35,204 nt of DNA from a virus (lineage: Duplodnaviria; Caudoviricetes): the IMG/VR virus record IMGVR_UViG_3300032305_002462, positions 1-35,204 of that record. One strand, written 5' to 3'. How positions within the stretch are numbered: position 1 is the first letter of the stretch; every line of letters starts with the position of its first letter. This document shows positions 25,914 through 34,367 of this stretch, one piece after another. The notes below the pieces were generated by a model. That model did not search any database. It had not been told where the DNA came from and was given only the letters and a program-made list of their open reading frames with translations. Position numbers and translations under genes: made by a program.

Positions 25914-27836
25914 TTAGTTTATATCAACCAATTCGCACTTATCTCCAGTACACGCAAAGGTTTGTGTACCAGCAGTTTTATCTTCCTTCTCGTAATTTTT
26001 TAACATAGACCAGTCTACATTTTTAGGCATCTTAGCTAGAAGATTATTATATTGCTCTTCGGTACAGTCCTGATAAGGTGCTTGTTTATAAGAATGGTCT
26101 GAGTGAGGAAGAAATGAAATTCCACTTATTTCATCAAAATGCTTATAAACAAAGGCACCAACATCCATCCATTCATGATCTTTAATAGTAACTGTAATAG
26201 AAGGCTTGTGCTCACACCAGTATCGCTGATAAGTCAGCCAAAGATTTAAATGGTTTATGGCAGAAATGTCATTTCTAGTAATAGACTCTTCAGCTTTTAC
26301 GGGAAAGGAGAATACCATAGTGTGATCTGGCTTCATGACGCATGGCTCACAAGGAAAACCCATATCAAACATCATCTTACATAAAGGATCTTTTTTGTCC
26401 GCTCTGACGGTTCTTACGTAGAATTTATTGTGTCTTGGATGTATCCCAGACGCGGAATCTGTAAGTTGTGATACTGTACCACTAGGCTTAATACAAGTAA
26501 TGGCAGCGGCAGGCTTTATGCCTATTTGCTCAGACCATTGAGCATTAGTTCTTATAGCTACACTCTTAAGATCAGAAAGAATTGTAGGCAAATCAGGATT
26601 ATCATACATCATTTTATTGTCTAATATTCCTGTTAATGAAACTCCTAACAGAGCTTCCTCTTCGCAATTCTTTCTCCATTCAGAAGATAAATAAGGAAAA
26701 TGAAGAAGAGAAGCTTGAATAGTGCCAAGAATAGTGGCAAGCTTTATCTTTTTCTCTAATGATTCTTTTGTGTCATTCTGTCTAACAATTACCTCAGTTA
26801 AATTACAAAACTGACAGTCTCGTAATATAATTTCGCTACAAGGATTTGTTCCAAATTCGTAAGAAGCATCTCTTCTTTCTCCCAATTTAGAGACGGTTTT
26901 TCTTGCCGCGTCTCTGTTAAATATACCTCTTTCACCGCTCTTAGATTTGTATAGAGCACTCCACTCCTCAATGAATGTCCCTATTTCTGGTTTTTCTTTG
27001 TAAGCAACCGAGTTGTTGGCAAGAGCGCGCTGTGGATTGTCATTCCACCATGCTCCAGACTTAGCGTCTCGCATTCTTTCATCAGTAAGATTGCTGAGTG
27101 ATATAAGAGCAGATCTGCGGACACCTCCAACAACGACAATTTCCGCAGTCTTACATATGATGTCATGACATTCAATGGAAGTGAGTTTTCTTCCAGCAGC
27201 CTTTTTAAAAGTATCAACTGTAAACTTGAAGAGGTCATCAAGGGGCTCTGGTCCTGAAGCTCTACCTCCAAATGTTTTAAGTCTAGCACCCGAAGGACGA
27301 ATCTTACTGAGGTCCCATCGCGGTATTTGCCCACTAATAAGTAGAGAGATGAGCTCTTTAAAAGCTTTAGCCCAGCCAGCTTTACTATCCTGAACCATAA
27401 TGACAGTGTCTGAGTTATAGAATGATTCTGCAATGCTAGGTAGTTTTTCAACGTATTGCCTTTCTACAGAGAATCCTACACCAGTTCCGCACATTAATAT
27501 GTAAAGAATTTCATCAAAAGCTCTAACTCTCTTGACGGCTACATATGAGCAGTTATAACCTGCTACATTGTCTCTCTTGAGAGCTTCTCCTGCAGTCATT
27601 AAAGCTCTCATTGAAGGCATAACCTCAAGATTTAGAATCGCTGATCTTAGCTCCTGTCTAGTATCAGCGGGAATTGAAAAGCCATTATTCTTCTTAAGAT
27701 GTTCATCAAAAAATTCAAAGTATCGATCAACGGTTTCTTCCCATGTTTCTCTTCTACCGTTCTCCTCACTCCATCTGGAGTATCTTGATAGATGGATAAA
27801 TTGCTGATATTCGCTAGGAAGTGATATTGTTTGCAT
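25914..27836 (-). CDS. nrdJ: Class II (adenosylcobalamin-dependent) ribonucleotide reductase
   Basis: AGYNCSY, CGTGVGFS, VVGGVRRSALISL, GTNPCSEI, FCNLTEV, TCIKPSGTVSQL, C-terminal CTGDKC. No beta-subunit gene nearby. Likely start is ATG 27836 rather than TTG 27863. Confidence 0.93.
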   Translation of the reverse strand: MQTISLPSEYQQFIHLSRYSRWSEENGRRETWEETVDRYFEFFDEHLKKNNGFSIPADTRQELRSAILNLEVMPSMRALMTAGEALKRDNVAGYNCSYVAVKRVRAFDEILYILMCGTGVGFSVERQYVEKLPSIAESFYNSDTVIMVQDSKAGWAKAFKELISLLISGQIPRWDLSKIRPSGARLKTFGGRASGPEPLDDLFKFTVDTFKKAAGRKLTSIECHDIICKTAEIVVVGGVRRSALISLSNLTDERMRDAKSGAWWNDNPQRALANNSVAYKEKPEIGTFIEEWSALYKSKSGERGIFNRDAARKTVSKLGERRDASYEFGTNPCSEIILRDCQFCNLTEVIVRQNDTKESLEKKIKLATILGTIQASLLHFPYLSSEWRKNCEEEALLGVSLTGILDNKMMYDNPDLPTILSDLKSVAIRTNAQWSEQIGIKPAAAITCIKPSGTVSQLTDSASGIHPRHNKFYVRTVRADKKDPLCKMMFDMGFPCEPCVMKPDHTMVFSFPVKAEESITRNDISAINHLNLWLTYQRYWCEHKPSITVTIKDHEWMDVGAFVYKHFDEISGISFLPHSDHSYKQAPYQDCTEEQYNNLLAKMPKNVDWSMLKNYEKEDKTAGTQTFACTGDKCELVDIN

Positions 27837-27844
27837 AGTTAATT

Positions 27845-27855
27845 TTATTATAGGC
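27845..27855 (-). promoter_or_regulatory. Candidate -10 box (CCTATAATA) directly upstream of nrdJ
   Basis: The minus strand reads cgccTATAATaaaattaactATG, similar to the element before ssb. Confidence 0.4.
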
Positions 27856-27859
27856 GAAT

Positions 27860-28858
27860 TCAAGCGCTGTTTGCCAAAGACTTTTTATATTCATTCATTA
27901 TAGAATTTGCAAAAATATCAACACTATTTTTTAGGTACATTTCATAATTTTTAAGACCTATCTTTTGTCTTTCAGATTTAGGCTTGCTAATAAGATTTTC
28001 TGTCTTTGCTATCATGTCACCAAAATCGTCTGCTAGCCAATCTTCAGAATCGAAAAGTTCTTTTACTGCATCAAGCTTATACGATATAACTGGTTTTTTT
28101 GCGGCCATAGCTTCTAGCGCTGAAAAACAAAAAACTTCTGAAGAGGTAGGGTAGTGCCATATATCGCACTCTTCTATAATTTTTTTAACAGCAAGATCAT
28201 CCATATTATGGTAAATTTTTACATTATCAAGATGTTGATTTTTTTTAAACGATAGCAGGTATTGATAGTAAGATAAATCCTGAATCTCTCCACCAACATT
28301 AAAGCTATTATTTTTAAAAATCTCTGCGGCCTTAAATGTATGATCTATAAGTTTTGAGCTACAAAAGGCAGAAATTCTAGATAATATTGGAATCTTATTT
28401 TGTTCTGATTCTTTAAAATCATAATTAAATGACGGCCTTATTATTAGAGAGTTTTCAAATTTGCCGCTTATAGCTTGTCCAAACTTAGACAAAAAGAAAA
28501 TTTTATCAAAAATTGATGGGTCAAAACCAATTTTTTGGTTGCAAAGAACAGTTATAAATTTTTTTGATTTTGCAGGAAGATTGTAAAAGTATGTTGGATT
28601 TTGTGAACCAGGTATAAAAATATGGATTATATCAGGACTAAAGTGGCTTATACTTTCTAGAATTTCATTTTTATAATCAAAGTTTTTAGATTCGAGTAAA
28701 AAAGTCTTACCTATTTCTTGAAACTTTTCTCTGTATATACCGTCCCAAAAACCATAAAATTGCATTTCATTGTCTTTTGAAAATTTTTGAGCCAAAGCAA
28801 AAGCCGTTTTTGTAGATCCACCTGGATTATAAAAGTTGTTAATAAAAGCTATTTTCAT
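27860..28858 (-). CDS. Glycosyltransferase family 4-like (GT-B)
   Basis: MKIAFI..PGGS, PDIIHI, CDIWHYPTSSEVFCFSALEAMAAKKPVISY. Confidence 0.92.
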   Translation of the reverse strand: MKIAFINNFYNPGGSTKTAFALAQKFSKDNEMQFYGFWDGIYREKFQEIGKTFLLESKNFDYKNEILESISHFSPDIIHIFIPGSQNPTYFYNLPAKSKKFITVLCNQKIGFDPSIFDKIFFLSKFGQAISGKFENSLIIRPSFNYDFKESEQNKIPILSRISAFCSSKLIDHTFKAAEIFKNNSFNVGGEIQDLSYYQYLLSFKKNQHLDNVKIYHNMDDLAVKKIIEECDIWHYPTSSEVFCFSALEAMAAKKPVISYKLDAVKELFDSEDWLADDFGDMIAKTENLISKPKSERQKIGLKNYEMYLKNSVDIFANSIMNEYKKSLANSA

Positions 28859-28860
28859 AT

Positions 28861-28875
28861 GTGTATATAAATTTA
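28861..28875 (+). promoter_or_regulatory. Candidate late promoter GTGTAT-N8-A for the plus-strand cassette
   Basis: gtgtat ataaattt a taggt aattata ATG, in the 29-bp divergent gap. Confidence 0.55.
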
Positions 28876-28887
28876 TAGGTAATTATA

Positions 28888-30099
28888 ATGAGATTTAAGA
28901 GATTACTAAATAAAATAGCGAAAGCAGCTTATCAGCCGTATCCATGTACTCCTGGAAAAGATTGTCCTCAAGATGTAATGCAATCCGAAAATCCTGGAGC
29001 TATCGAAAATCCTTCTAGTTACATACCAGACATAGTGAATAACGCACTTCGGGAAGACTGCGAATTATGCAAAAAAGGATGCTGCGGGTTTGAATATTCG
29101 GTGTTTAAACAAATCGATATTAATGAGCTGTATGCTATAGCTTCAGAAGAAGGTATTGAGACTCCATTTTTTAAGCAAATAAACGGTACACTTCATATAA
29201 ATAACGGAGTTAAAATCTATAGAATGGACCCCTTTATAACTTTATCCTACAAAAGAAAGGCTTGTGTAAGTGCCACTAGAAGTCATTGCGACTTATTACA
29301 AGCCAGATTAAAATCAACTCCTGACCTTCGTGGCAGTGTTAGCAATAGACCTTGCAGAGAACGGATTAGTTTTAGTAAAAACGGTTTCACGTTTCAGGAA
29401 AGTCCTTGCGACAGTGAACCAGGTTGTGGCGCAGGATATGTAACACAGTCTACGTCTAGTGGAGAACCAGGCCCTATATTCCGTATTCAGGTTAAAGACA
29501 TAGATACCAATACTTTTGTAGCCCCTTTTGAGGTGCCTGGGGCTAACCAACAATTTAAAAATCAGTTAATTGCCCTTATGTTAGGATCCTGTAGATCAGT
29601 TTCTATAGATAATCTGACAAATATAGCTGACGCTCAATTGATAGAAGAACATCTTGAATTAGCATCTAACGTTACACTATTTGCTGCTTCGTGGGCATTA
29701 ATGCCATTTGCCGGTATGGCAGTTGGTGCAGCGCTAGTAAAAGGCGGGTCAGCAATTAGCCGGCTGCGACCTGTCGTAGAAGGTACACGGTGCGCAATAG
29801 CTAAAGCGCCATGGTATTTGAAGGAGGCAGCCACATTTGGAGCCTGGTATGCAGCTGGACCTGTAATTCCTGATGCGGTTGATCTTGTGCGTTGGATGCA
29901 ATTAGAAGATTCAGGGTATGCACTATTCAGAAACAAACGTAAATATGTAATACAAGACAGTCAAGGTCAGGATTATAATCTTGAGAGTAATGGAAATGCT
30001 TGTGTTATACAGCTAAATGAAGCTCAGGAGATGGAGGATACTCTTGAAATTTTAAATACACCAGTACAGATTTTACAATTTTTAGAACAGAATTATTGA
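28888..30099 (+). CDS. Cys-rich hypothetical protein with a hydrophobic segment
   Basis: 403 aa. Many Cys in the N-half, and an Ala/Gly-rich hydrophobic stretch VTLFAASWALMPFAGMAVGAALVKGG. Confidence 0.7.
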   Translation: MRFKRLLNKIAKAAYQPYPCTPGKDCPQDVMQSENPGAIENPSSYIPDIVNNALREDCELCKKGCCGFEYSVFKQIDINELYAIASEEGIETPFFKQINGTLHINNGVKIYRMDPFITLSYKRKACVSATRSHCDLLQARLKSTPDLRGSVSNRPCRERISFSKNGFTFQESPCDSEPGCGAGYVTQSTSSGEPGPIFRIQVKDIDTNTFVAPFEVPGANQQFKNQLIALMLGSCRSVSIDNLTNIADAQLIEEHLELASNVTLFAASWALMPFAGMAVGAALVKGGSAISRLRPVVEGTRCAIAKAPWYLKEAATFGAWYAAGPVIPDAVDLVRWMQLEDSGYALFRNKRKYVIQDSQGQDYNLESNGNACVIQLNEAQEMEDTLEILNTPVQILQFLEQNY

Positions 30100-30105
30100 A
30101 ATAAA

Positions 30106-31212
30106 ATGAACAATTTAAAAAACATCCTATATCGTTTGAAATTCGCTTCCAGAACTTTAGGAAGCGCTGATGAAATGGGAGTCCGTCCAGATCAGTTTCA
30201 GGGAATTGGAGGATGGCAAAACGATCCGCTTATGAAAGATTTAGGACTTTGGGTTGCTGATAAGTTTTTACAACACCATGGACCAGGATCTAATACTCCG
30301 ATAAGACTAGACCGACTCATGAATGATGCGACTATAATTTTCCCAGATTTAGATAATCCAGATGTTATTGTAGAGTATGTGCGTTGGGTTAAAAATATTA
30401 GCACTTGCTATAAAATTGTTGGGGAAGGAAATGCCACAGAAGTTATATTTGGTTATGAGGGCGCTAAGTATTTGATGTGTTTTAATGGTTTGCTGATTGA
30501 CGCATCGTGTGCCGTATTAGAGAGAAATGAAGTACCTATAAAATTACCAAGCGGTACCGGTAGATCCCAAGAAGTAGTAAACTTAGCTAGTACATCAATG
30601 GTCTTATATGACAGCCCTTATAAAGTAGCAGATTTTCGGGACAAGAGTATCGCGCAAATAAGAGCAATGATTTGTCAAATGGATTTTAATCTTCCTTGGG
30701 AAGCATTCGGTAAGCCTTGGGATCAAGCTTCTGAAGAAGAAAAGCAGGACGCAAGATATAGATTTGTTCAAGATTGGCTAAATAACGTTGTCACTCATAT
30801 TGAGAGTGAGTTTACAGGATTCAAACTCAAGAATATGGGTTATTACAATGCACCAGGTTATACGTCACAAAATATAGTTGGACAAACCTTGGAATTAGGC
30901 GAAAATCTTTGTAAAGCAGTGACGCAAGTTATTGTCGCAGAATGGGTCAATTTGGCTGCTAATATAGTCAATACCTTTGAAGAATTTCAATTTAGAAGAG
31001 TCAGGCAGCTTTTAAGAATGCAGGCTCTTATGTATTTTACGCTTTTATTGAATCCTAATGTTTGCGATGAACTTTCAGGAGAAGAAAGAGATAAATGCAG
31101 ATGTGGAATAAAAAAGAAACCAGTTCCTCCGCCAGAGCCAGAGCCAGAAGTTGACACAATTTTCTCACCTATTATAACTGGTCCTGACTTATTTATGCCT
31201 CATGCCAAATAA
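30106..31212 (+). CDS. Hypothetical protein, tandem paralog 1
   Basis: 368 aa. Shares its N- and C-terminal blocks with 31311..32438. Confidence 0.75.
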   Translation: MNNLKNILYRLKFASRTLGSADEMGVRPDQFQGIGGWQNDPLMKDLGLWVADKFLQHHGPGSNTPIRLDRLMNDATIIFPDLDNPDVIVEYVRWVKNISTCYKIVGEGNATEVIFGYEGAKYLMCFNGLLIDASCAVLERNEVPIKLPSGTGRSQEVVNLASTSMVLYDSPYKVADFRDKSIAQIRAMICQMDFNLPWEAFGKPWDQASEEEKQDARYRFVQDWLNNVVTHIESEFTGFKLKNMGYYNAPGYTSQNIVGQTLELGENLCKAVTQVIVAEWVNLAANIVNTFEEFQFRRVRQLLRMQALMYFTLLLNPNVCDELSGEERDKCRCGIKKKPVPPPEPEPEVDTIFSPIITGPDLFMPHAK

Positions 31213-31270
31213 TATCTAAAGTTCCTCCGCGCTGATAATGATTCTGACGAAGTATTAAACAAGCCTGCTT

Positions 31271-31307
31271 GAAGAAAAGAATAAATTATAAATTACTTAT
31301 CTCAAAA
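31271..31307 (+). repeat. 37-bp exact direct repeat, copy 1
   Basis: gaagaaaagaataaattataaattacttatctcaaaa, identical to 32425..32461. Confidence 0.92.
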
Positions 31308-31310
31308 ATA

Positions 31311-32438
31311 ATGAACAATTTAAAAAACATCCTATATCGTTTAAAATTCGCTTACAAGGCAAAAGCAAGCGCTGATGAAAGGGGAGTCCGTCCAGGTCAG
31401 ATTCAGGGAATCGGAGGATGGCAAAATGATCCAACATTCAAGAACTTAGGACTTTGGGTTGCCGATAAGTTTTTACAGCATCACGGCCAAGGATCTTTTA
31501 CGCCTATTCCATTAGATAGGCTTTACAATGATGCCACTATAGCTTTTCCAGACTTAGATAATCCAGACAATATTGAAGAATATGTCGAGTGGGTTAAAAA
31601 TATTAGCACCTGTTATAAAGATCCTGGAGAAGGTAATATGACAGAAGTTTTATTTGGACAAGCTGGACTTAAGTTTTGGCTTTGTGCAAACAATTTATTC
31701 ACAGGAGGAGAGTGTTCTGGATTAGTTAGGAATGAAGCGCCTATCATTTTACCACAAGGTTCTGATATCCTTAATGGTGAATTACTAAACGCAGTTTACT
31801 TTTCGTCAGAAACCGAAGAAGGTAGTCCTTATACGGCTCAAAATTTTACAGGAAAGAGCATTTCAGAAATAAGAGCACTGATTTGTCAAATGCATTTTAA
31901 AATTCCTAATAAGAATTGGAATCAAGCCACTGAGCAAGAAAAGCAGAATGCGAGATATGCATTTATTCAATCTTGGTTGAATAATACTATGTCTAAGATT
32001 TATTCAACATACACAGGACCAAGACTTAAACAGTTAGATTTTTTCTTAAGCGAAGAGGACGCAAGCTTTATAATTAGAAATAATGGAAACAGAGGGCCAG
32101 TCATGGCTCTATGCGGAGCTGTAATACAGCCCATTATTGCGGGGATTTATAACTGGGGTCCTTTGATTATTAATAGTTTTGAAGAATTTCAATACAGAAG
32201 AACTAGGGAGCTTCTAAAGCTACAGGCTATGATGTATTTTACTCTTTTATTAAATAGTAATATATGCAATGAACTTTCAGGAGAAGAAAGAGTTAAATGC
32301 AGATGTGGAATAAAAAAGAGACCAGCTCCGCCGCCGCAGCCAGAGCCAGAAGTTGAAATGGAACTTGGGCCTGCCACAATAGTCCCGCCACAGTTTGGTG
32401 GTCCTATTGGATACAGGCCTGTTCGAAGAAAAGAATAA
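31311..32438 (+). CDS. Hypothetical protein, tandem paralog 2
   Basis: The true start is probably ATG 31311 (MNNLKNILYRLKFA, identical to paralog 1). The called TTG 31269 start runs through the direct repeat. Confidence 0.75.
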   Translation: MNNLKNILYRLKFAYKAKASADERGVRPGQIQGIGGWQNDPTFKNLGLWVADKFLQHHGQGSFTPIPLDRLYNDATIAFPDLDNPDNIEEYVEWVKNISTCYKDPGEGNMTEVLFGQAGLKFWLCANNLFTGGECSGLVRNEAPIILPQGSDILNGELLNAVYFSSETEEGSPYTAQNFTGKSISEIRALICQMHFKIPNKNWNQATEQEKQNARYAFIQSWLNNTMSKIYSTYTGPRLKQLDFFLSEEDASFIIRNNGNRGPVMALCGAVIQPIIAGIYNWGPLIINSFEEFQYRRTRELLKLQAMMYFTLLLNSNICNELSGEERVKCRCGIKKRPAPPPQPEPEVEMELGPATIVPPQFGGPIGYRPVRRKE

Positions 32439-32461
32439 ATTATAAATTACTTATCTCAAAA
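32425..32461 (+). repeat. 37-bp exact direct repeat, copy 2
   Basis: Spans the stop of paralog 2, the 12-bp gap and the last codons and stop of the convergent GT gene. Confidence 0.92.
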
Positions 32462-33044
32462 CTCTAGAATAGTTCTGCAAATGATAAACAAAAGATTTTA
32501 CTTTTAAAAATTTAAAACCCATCATTGGTAGGATTTCATCAAGCAGAGTTATATCATTTGGGTGTGGAAACTTTACTGTATTGGGGTAAGGTATAAAGGT
32601 ATCTTTATTAAAGGATATTGGCATATACCACCCTTTGCAGTTTTCTTTGAATTCTGGAATAACAGAACTAGTAGCATCACACCACTGTTGGAATTCATTT
32701 TTCCTGAAAGTTTCAGGACTAATGCCAAAGTCTAGCATTATATTTTTATTTGAAACAGTAATTACTCCAGGCTCTACTAAATAGCCTGTGCATATTGTTT
32801 TATCCTTTGTATACTTAATATAATACTCGTCCCAATTTTTACTTACAAACATGTCGTCATTCATTAGAACAACAGTATTTGTTGAAGCTTTGGCGACTCC
32901 AGTATTATAAGCTTCATAAACATCATTAGAATCAATTATTTCTATCAATTCATAGCTATGCTTAGTATTTTCTTTCAAAATATCTTTGCATAAATTTATG
33001 CAAGAACTTTTACTCAAATACGGTATTACAATTGAAAAATCCAT
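32451..33044 (-). CDS. Glycosyltransferase family 2-like (GT-A)
   Basis: FSIVIPY, YEAYNTGV, VVLMNDDMFVSKNWD, C-terminal VYH. Confidence 0.82.
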   Translation of the reverse strand: MDFSIVIPYLSKSSCINLCKDILKENTKHSYELIEIIDSNDVYEAYNTGVAKASTNTVVLMNDDMFVSKNWDEYYIKYTKDKTICTGYLVEPGVITVSNKNIMLDFGISPETFRKNEFQQWCDATSSVIPEFKENCKGWYMPISFNKDTFIPYPNTVKFPHPNDITLLDEILPMMGFKFLKVKSFVYHLQNYSRVLR

Positions 33045-33566
33045 TTATCTTTTTACTCCTATAAATCTGATATCGTTTATTGGAGTTAAATAATCTATAA
33101 CAACTCTTTTAAAGGTTTTTTCTAAGTCAAAAATATCTGTCAATTGTTTTATATGTATATTGCCGTAATAGTCTAAGGTATGTGGAGAAGCGAATCCTGA
33201 AGAGCGACTAGTTCCATGCTCTGCTCGCTCATATCCTCCAGCAGTGAATACTAAAAGACCATTAGGTTTTAAAAGATCGACTATTTTGAGTAAAGACTCT
33301 TTATAGAACTTGTCGTGTTCTAACATTTCTGTACTTATAATTGTATCAAAAATAAAACCTGGATTGTATTCGTGAACAGGGCATACAATATCTACATTCT
33401 TACCAGGACCTATATCTAAACCGATATAATTGCAATTCTCAAACAATACTTTATTTGAGCCATTTATATCTTGACTACCTACGTCAAGAACTGTTTTATT
33501 TACAAAATAATCTGGATAAAGTTGCTTTGCGTATAAACAAAATTCTACTTGTTCTCTGTGAGACAT
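33045..33566 (-). CDS. Class I SAM-dependent methyltransferase
   Basis: VLDVGSQDINGS, YIGLDIGPGKNVD, FDTIISTEMLEHD, LLKPNGLLVFT. Confidence 0.9.
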   Translation of the reverse strand: MSHREQVEFCLYAKQLYPDYFVNKTVLDVGSQDINGSNKVLFENCNYIGLDIGPGKNVDIVCPVHEYNPGFIFDTIISTEMLEHDKFYKESLLKIVDLLKPNGLLVFTAGGYERAEHGTSRSSGFASPHTLDYYGNIHIKQLTDIFDLEKTFKRVVIDYLTPINDIRFIGVKR

Positions 33567-33593
33567 ATTTTATTCCTTTATAAAATTGAGAAA

Positions 33594-34367
33594 TTACGTG
33601 ATGTATGGATCGACTTTTACATAATCATAGTTATGGACTATGTCAGTTCTCCATCCTAATTCTTTTCTAGGTTTTCCAGTGAATTCGCTAGAGAAACACA
33701 AATTAACAAGACCGTTCCAGTCTCTGTCAGACTGATGGCCCCATCCATTTACTTTTTTAAGCATTTCATCCTTTGTTCGGACCCAGCTATAATGATGCGC
33801 TATAGGTGAACCATTTAAAAGGCAGCATCCTATTTTAGTGTTTGGCTTTGCGTACCAAAACCATCTTTCTGCAGCAGAATTAAGATCCTCAACCATAAGG
33901 CTTTTTGAATTATGTAATGAAATACAATTTTCTGTCTGAAGTGCTCTCCAGCAAGTATCTCTATAATACCAAAAGCATTTAAAATTCATATGATCTAAAA
34001 TATCAATGTCGTTTGACTGATTAGCCCATATCTTAAAAGATTCAGCGTCAAGTATCTCATCAGTATCAACAAACATAATTTTATTTGTTATACCTCTTAA
34101 AATTTCATAACCGACTATTCTAGCGAAGTTATGTCCAGATCTTGGGTCTGCCGAGAAAGCATTTTCATGAGGAAATGAGGCAGCTATTACTTCTGGATTA
34201 TCTTTTAAGAATTGGTTTAGTCTATCTAAATTTTGCTCTGAACCATCTAGATATCTTTCACAATATGAAATTACTATATTGCTGCAGACTTTTTTTAATG
34301 ACTTAACACATGGCTCTAAAAACTTGTGATCGTTTTCACAATAAGATACTACAGCGCCTATTTTCAT
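33594..34367 (-). CDS. Glycosyltransferase family 2-like (GT-A)
   Basis: FLEPCVKSL, IMFVDTDE (DxD), HHYSWVR. Likely start is ATG 34367 (ATGA overlap). Confidence 0.75.
   Translation of the reverse strand: MKIGAVVSYCENDHKFLEPCVKSLKKVCSNIVISYCERYLDGSEQNLDRLNQFLKDNPEVIAASFPHENAFSADPRSGHNFARIVGYEILRGITNKIMFVDTDEILDAESFKIWANQSNDIDILDHMNFKCFWYYRDTCWRALQTENCISLHNSKSLMVEDLNSAAERWFWYAKPNTKIGCCLLNGSPIAHHYSWVRTKDEMLKKVNGWGHQSDRDWNGLVNLCFSSEFTGKPRKELGWRTDIVHNYDYVKVDPYIT

Noticed and set aside
26981-27451. 156-aa alternative-frame ORF within nrdJ, and the other short antisense or overlapping ORFs in the track
   Set aside because: They lie wholly within well-supported genes, with no motifs or RBS, and are typical shadow ORFs.
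31269-31310. 14-aa N-terminal extension of paralog 2 from the TTG start
   Set aside because: It is a translation of the duplicated junction. The ATG at 31311 matches the paralog's start exactly.
30106-32438. Diversity-generating retroelement template/variable repeat pair
   Set aside because: Differences are not adenine-specific, both copies are full ORFs, and no reverse transcriptase is present in the window.
31271-32461. 37-bp repeats as CRISPR repeats, att sites or target-site duplication
   Set aside because: Only two copies about 1.15 kb apart, no recombinase or transposase, and fully explained as a tandem-duplication junction.
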